This document shows positions 24,685 through 28,430 of a DNA stretch of 28,430 nt, in pieces. The notes beneath the pieces were generated by a model. That model ran no database searches and had not been told where the DNA came from. It saw only the letters and a program-made list of their open reading frames with translations. The stretch's first letter is position 1, and each line of letters starts with the position of its first letter. A program made the position numbers and the translations under genes. The DNA lies in the NCBI GenBank assembly GCA_030609765.1, contig JAUWTE010000001.1:1-28430 (forward strand), given 5' to 3'. The stretch is from Acidobacteriota bacterium. Its GTDB lineage: Bacteria > Acidobacteriota > UBA890.

Positions 24685-27311
24685 TATTCCTGCTTGAGGA
24701 CTTCCACCACATTGACCCTGGTGGTGCGCCACGCGGGGAGGAGGCAAGCGAGAGCCGCCACTATGCCCAAGATCAAGGTAGCGATCGCGTAGATCGACGG
24801 TTCTAACGTCCCCGTCTCGAAAAGGAGCTGCCGCATCAACAGGGTTCCCGGGACCGCGCTGGCCAGTCCCAAGAGCAGGCCCAAGCCCACCAGCAACAAT
24901 CCACGTCGCACTACCATGCCGATCAGGTCGGTCTGGCTCGCCCCCATCGCCAGCCGGATGCCGATCTCACGAGTCCGCTGGCTGACGTTGTAGGCCAGCA
25001 CCCCATACAGGCCGATTACCGTCAACAGCAGCGCGACGCCGGCAATGCTCCCGAGCGACAACATGATGACGCGAAAGCCGGCGAATGAATCCTCGAGGAC
25101 AGTGGTCATGGCGGTCGGGTCCGCGAGCACCACGTCGGGGTCGATTTGTCGCAAGAGCTCGCGAATGGGACCCACGAGCAGCGACGGATCGCCGTCGGTT
25201 CGCACCATCAAGCCCATTCGGATGTCGCCCATCTGGGCCGAGGACATGTACAAGGCGGGAACCACGCGTTCGACGGTGTTGAGCCGGGCGTCGCCAACCA
25301 CGCCGACGATCTCATACCCGACATCATTCCATCCGATTCCCACCATTCTCCCGAGTGGATCCTCGTCCGGGAACAAGGTACCGGCCGTCATCTCGCTGAT
25401 GACAACGACCTGGGGTGCTCCGGCGACATCCTGTGCCGAGATATCCCGGCCCCGAAAAAGAGGAATGCCGGCTGTCTCGAAATACCCCGGCGTAACCCAT
25501 CTGGCCATGACAAAGAATTGGTCCTCCGGCATCGGTCGGCCCTGTTCCTCCTGCCAGATGGGCCAGTCTGTCCAAGGTCTCCGAATGGGAGGCTTGCTGA
25601 TCAGGCTCGCCGAGGTCACGCCAGGCAGTGTCTCGATTTCCTCCGCAAGAGAGCCGAAGAACAGACTGCGCTCTTCGGCCGACGGGTACTTGCTCGGCTG
25701 AATCCTGATCCCAGCGGTGAGTAGGTTGTCGGCCTCGAAGCCCAGCTCGACGGTGCTGAGCTGGACCAGGCTACGCACCAACAAGCCCGCGCCGATCAGA
25801 AGAACGACGGAGATTGCCACCTGCAATACGACGAGGCCACCGCGCAGGCGCATGCCACGGATCCCTTCCGACATCTGAACTCCGGACCTCAGCTGACGGG
25901 ATGGGTGAACGGCGGTGCCGACCAATGCCGGGACCACACCCACGATGAGGCCCGTTGCTATCGACACCCCCACGGCGAAAAGCAGAACTCCGCCGTTGAT
26001 GGCGGGAGGGTTCACTCCCAGGTCTCCCATCGGCATGACTTGTTCGATCAGGTCCTGCAGCAGATAGGCGAGCCACACCCCGAGCGCACCGGCGATCGTG
26101 GTGAGAATGATGCTTTCGGTGATGAGCTGCCGCACGAGGCGCCAGCGGGAGGCTCCCAGTGCCGCGCGCATGGCCATCTCCGACATGCGGCGCTGCCCCC
26201 GTGCCAGCAGCAGGCCGGCGACATTGGCGCAAGCGATCAACAACACCAGAGCCGTGGTCCCCATGAGCACCAGGAGACTGGAGCGGATGCTGTAGACCAT
26301 GAAATCCTGCAGGCCCACGATCATCAGGCCCTTGCCCTCGTTGGTTTCGGGGTAGAGCTGTTGTAGCCCGGCAGAAATCGCATCGAGCTCGCTCTGCGCT
26401 TGGTCGAGCGTCACCTCAGGCTTCAATCTTCCGACCACCCAGTGGCTATGCGAGTCGCGAACCTGGTCCCAGGGGCCGTCCAGATCGATCAGACGCCAGG
26501 CGTCGGCGTCGAATATAAACTCGAAGCCCGCCGGCATGACGCCAACGATCGCGAGCGGGTAGCCGTCTACATTGATCGTGCTGTCGAGGACGTCGGGCGA
26601 GCCACCGTAACGACTCTGCCAGAGCGAGTAACTGATGACAGTCACAGCCGCCCCGCCCATGGCTTCCTCCTCGGGCAAGAATCCGCGCCCCAGCGCCGGG
26701 CTCAACCCCAAGAGAGAAAAGAGGTTCCACGTCACCGGGGCGGACTCGACCAGCTCCGATTGGGTACCACCTGTAACCGTGTGTTGCGTAGTGTTCGTTC
26801 CGATCAGGGCGAGGCCTTCAAAGAGCTCGCTCTGATCGCGGTAGTCGAAGTAGTCCACTCGTGAGACGGGGCCCGCCGGGGCACCATCTCGGGACTTTCG
26901 CCCGGCGACCAGTCGATCCGGCTCCTCATACGGCAAGCCGCCGATCAATGCGGCGCTGACGGTGCTGAAGAGTGTCGTGTTCGCACCGATCCCGATCGCC
27001 AGGATGAGCACGGCCACGATGGTGAGCCCCCTGTTCTTGCGTAAGCTGCGGGCGCCGTAACGAACATCCTGGGCAAAAGTGTCGATCGAGGCGCCGAGAC
27101 GCTGTTCCCTGACCTGCTCCTTCACCTGCTCGACGCCGCCGAGCTCGAGGCGTGCCTTCCGGCGTGCTTGCTCGGGGGTCATGCCGGCGCTCACCTTCTC
27201 CTCCGCCAAGAGGTCGAGGTAGCTGTTCAGCTCCTCGTCGAGATCTCGGTCGAGTGTCTGCTTCAGAAACAGCGACTTGAGGGTGCCGCGAATGCGCGAA
27301 AGTAGGCTCAT
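24684..27311 (-). CDS. ADOP family ABC transporter permease (duplicated MacB_PCD/FtsX, 875 aa)
   Basis: N-terminal prefix DRDLDEEL..AGMTPEQARRKARLELGGVEQVKE, QDVRYGARSLRK, LAIGIGANTT, LLIACANVAGLLL, two FtsX halves, QRTREIGIRLAMGA. Confidence 0.95.
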   Translation of the reverse strand: MSLLSRIRGTLKSLFLKQTLDRDLDEELNSYLDLLAEEKVSAGMTPEQARRKARLELGGVEQVKEQVREQRLGASIDTFAQDVRYGARSLRKNRGLTIVAVLILAIGIGANTTLFSTVSAALIGGLPYEEPDRLVAGRKSRDGAPAGPVSRVDYFDYRDQSELFEGLALIGTNTTQHTVTGGTQSELVESAPVTWNLFSLLGLSPALGRGFLPEEEAMGGAAVTVISYSLWQSRYGGSPDVLDSTINVDGYPLAIVGVMPAGFEFIFDADAWRLIDLDGPWDQVRDSHSHWVVGRLKPEVTLDQAQSELDAISAGLQQLYPETNEGKGLMIVGLQDFMVYSIRSSLLVLMGTTALVLLIACANVAGLLLARGQRRMSEMAMRAALGASRWRLVRQLITESIILTTIAGALGVWLAYLLQDLIEQVMPMGDLGVNPPAINGGVLLFAVGVSIATGLIVGVVPALVGTAVHPSRQLRSGVQMSEGIRGMRLRGGLVVLQVAISVVLLIGAGLLVRSLVQLSTVELGFEADNLLTAGIRIQPSKYPSAEERSLFFGSLAEEIETLPGVTSASLISKPPIRRPWTDWPIWQEEQGRPMPEDQFFVMARWVTPGYFETAGIPLFRGRDISAQDVAGAPQVVVISEMTAGTLFPDEDPLGRMVGIGWNDVGYEIVGVVGDARLNTVERVVPALYMSSAQMGDIRMGLMVRTDGDPSLLVGPIRELLRQIDPDVVLADPTAMTTVLEDSFAGFRVIMLSLGSIAGVALLLTVIGLYGVLAYNVSQRTREIGIRLAMGASQTDLIGMVVRRGLLLVGLGLLLGLASAVPGTLLMRQLLFETGTLEPSIYAIATLILGIVAALACLLPAWRTTRVNVVEVLKQE

Positions 27312-27364
27312 GGGTGTCCCCCTCCGGGAGCGATGAGGACGATCTGGTGTCCTGACTCAGGACA

Positions 27365-27697
27365 CTACGTTGCTTCCAACACTCGGGTGATGGCCACTGT
27401 GACCTGGGCCCAGTTGTCCGTTTCCTGGCCCAGTCGACGTTGGCCTGTTGTCGTCAGCCGGTAGTACTTGGCGCGCCGGTTGTTTTCCGATTCACCCCAC
27501 TCGCCCTCGATCCAGTCCTCCTGTTCCAGACGTTTCAGGGCCGGAAACAGAGACCCGGCCTGCACCTGAAAAACTCCCCGGGTGGTCTGCTCGATACGCC
27601 GGGAGATGCCCAAACCGTGCATGGGCTCGAGGGTCAAGGTCTTGAGGATGAGCAGATCAAGGGTGCCGCGAAGAAGGTCCGCTTTGCCTTTGCCCAT
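27365..27697 (-). CDS. padR: PadR-family transcriptional regulator, Acidobacterial type
   Basis: SD GGAG, ATG at 27697. LLRGTLDLLILKTL, HGLGI, GSLFPALKRLE, SENNRRAKYYRLT. Directly upstream of the ADOP gene. Confidence 0.93.
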   Translation of the reverse strand: MGKGKADLLRGTLDLLILKTLTLEPMHGLGISRRIEQTTRGVFQVQAGSLFPALKRLEQEDWIEGEWGESENNRRAKYYRLTTTGQRRLGQETDNWAQVTVAITRVLEAT

Positions 27698-27824
27698 GAA
27701 GTATCTCCGTCGATATCGTGACGTGGCGGTGCCTTGGGTCGCGCCGGCGTGCGGCCTGGCTCCTGGTGCGGATCGTCGCACAGCTGCCCGGCTCGCACGT
27801 TTACGCGCCTGACCCGCTTACTCC

Positions 27825-27839
27825 TATAGATAGTCTATA
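27825..27839. promoter_or_regulatory. Candidate PadR operator
   Basis: AT-rich dyad TATAGA-TAG-TCTATA upstream of padR in GC-rich surroundings. Confidence 0.55.
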
Positions 27840-27908
27840 CGAAGGGTTCCCACAAGTTGTTTCGAGGGCTCACCATACCTCCACCGCGGCCTGCTGTTTC
27901 GTTCGCCA

Positions 27909-27937
27909 GGGACACCGAACCGATTCCGGACTATAAT
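27909..27937 (+). promoter_or_regulatory. Candidate sigma70 promoter for hutH
   Basis: GGGACA (27909-27914), 17-nt spacer, perfect TATAAT (27932-27937). Confidence 0.55.
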
Positions 27938-28052
27938 CAGTGGCACGCGGACCGGGTCTCCCGGTTGCTGCGGGGTGGGTGGGAGCGACCGACCCGATAA
28001 CGCTCGGGTCAAGACGCTTCAAGACCCGAGCAGCCGAATAAGGAGATTCCGT

Positions 28053-28430
28053 GTGGCGATCACACTGACGGGAAAAACCCTCACAATCGAAGATATCGAG
28101 GCCGTCGCACGTCGTGGCGAGAAGGTCGAGCTGCATCCCGATGCCATAGAGCGCATCCGCGCTTGCCGCGACTTCATCGAAGAGCGCCTCGCGGCGGGCG
28201 AGATCATGTACGGCGTCAATACCGGCATCGGCGAGTTCTCCGAGGTCGTTCTCGACGACGAGCAGGTGCGCGACTTTCAGCGTTACCTGATCTACAACCA
28301 CGCCGCGGGTATTGGTGAGCCGGCGCCCATCGACCACGTCCGCGCGGCCATGGTTCTGCGCGCCAATGTGCACGCCAACGGCCACTCCGGTGGCCGGCTC
28401 GAGATCACCCAGACCCTGGTCGAGATGCTC
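28053..28430 (+). CDS. hutH: Histidine ammonia-lyase (aromatic amino acid lyase family), 3'-truncated; not in ORF track
   Basis: SD AAGGAG at 28040-28045, GTG at 28053. Translation: MAITLTGKTLTIEDIEAVARRG..IMYGVNTGIGEFSEV..FQRYLIYNHAAGIG..VRAAMVLRAN..GHSG. Open to the window end. Confidence 0.9.
   Translation, partial: MAITLTGKTLTIEDIEAVARRGEKVELHPDAIERIRACRDFIEERLAAGEIMYGVNTGIGEFSEVVLDDEQVRDFQRYLIYNHAAGIGEPAPIDHVRAAMVLRANVHANGHSGGRLEITQTLVEML

Noticed and set aside
27975-27995. GGGAGCGACC resembling the ZTP riboswitch P1' strand in the hutH leader
   Set aside because: No upstream GACUGGCG and no downstream GCCUGGGC.
1-28430. Prophage, IS transposase, integrase or defence island
   Set aside because: No such proteins or att-like repeats recognised. 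Content is metabolic and envelope genes with no obvious compositional shift by eye.

Overview
GC-rich bacterial chromosomal window (roughly 60-65% GC by eye, not computed). Two ADOP-type orphan ABC permeases, one behind an Acidobacterial-type padR, point to Acidobacteriota (inference). Gene order: partial ADOP permease; secreted hypothetical; GreA/GreB-like factor; SBBP-propeller/BACON surface protein; SGNH-like + MBOAT acylation pair; AIM24/TIGR00266; metzincin lipoprotein plus a 53-aa membrane ORF missing from the track; ornithine cyclodeaminase/AlaDH-like gene; a single-ORF cysteine desulfurase/Sec-lyase-SelD fusion; sdhA-C-D-B; M28 peptidase; acyl-CoA transferase; degenerate HATPase-GNAT fusion coupled to an LssY_C protein; ADOP permease + padR; and the 5' part of hutH (missing from the track). 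No rRNA, tRNA, CRISPR array, transposase or integrase was seen. Best leads: (1) the NifS-SelD fusion overlapping an AlaDH-like gene, a possible selenium salvage module; (2) two intergenic palindromic elements (8398-8626, 14211-14386) that share terminal and internal motifs in opposite orientation and abut start/stop codons; (3) the pseudo-kinase-GNAT/LssY_C pair; (4) mutually exclusive hairpins in the hutH leader; (5) a Gre factor lacking the canonical acidic tip. All structures were read by eye; no folding or database search was run.
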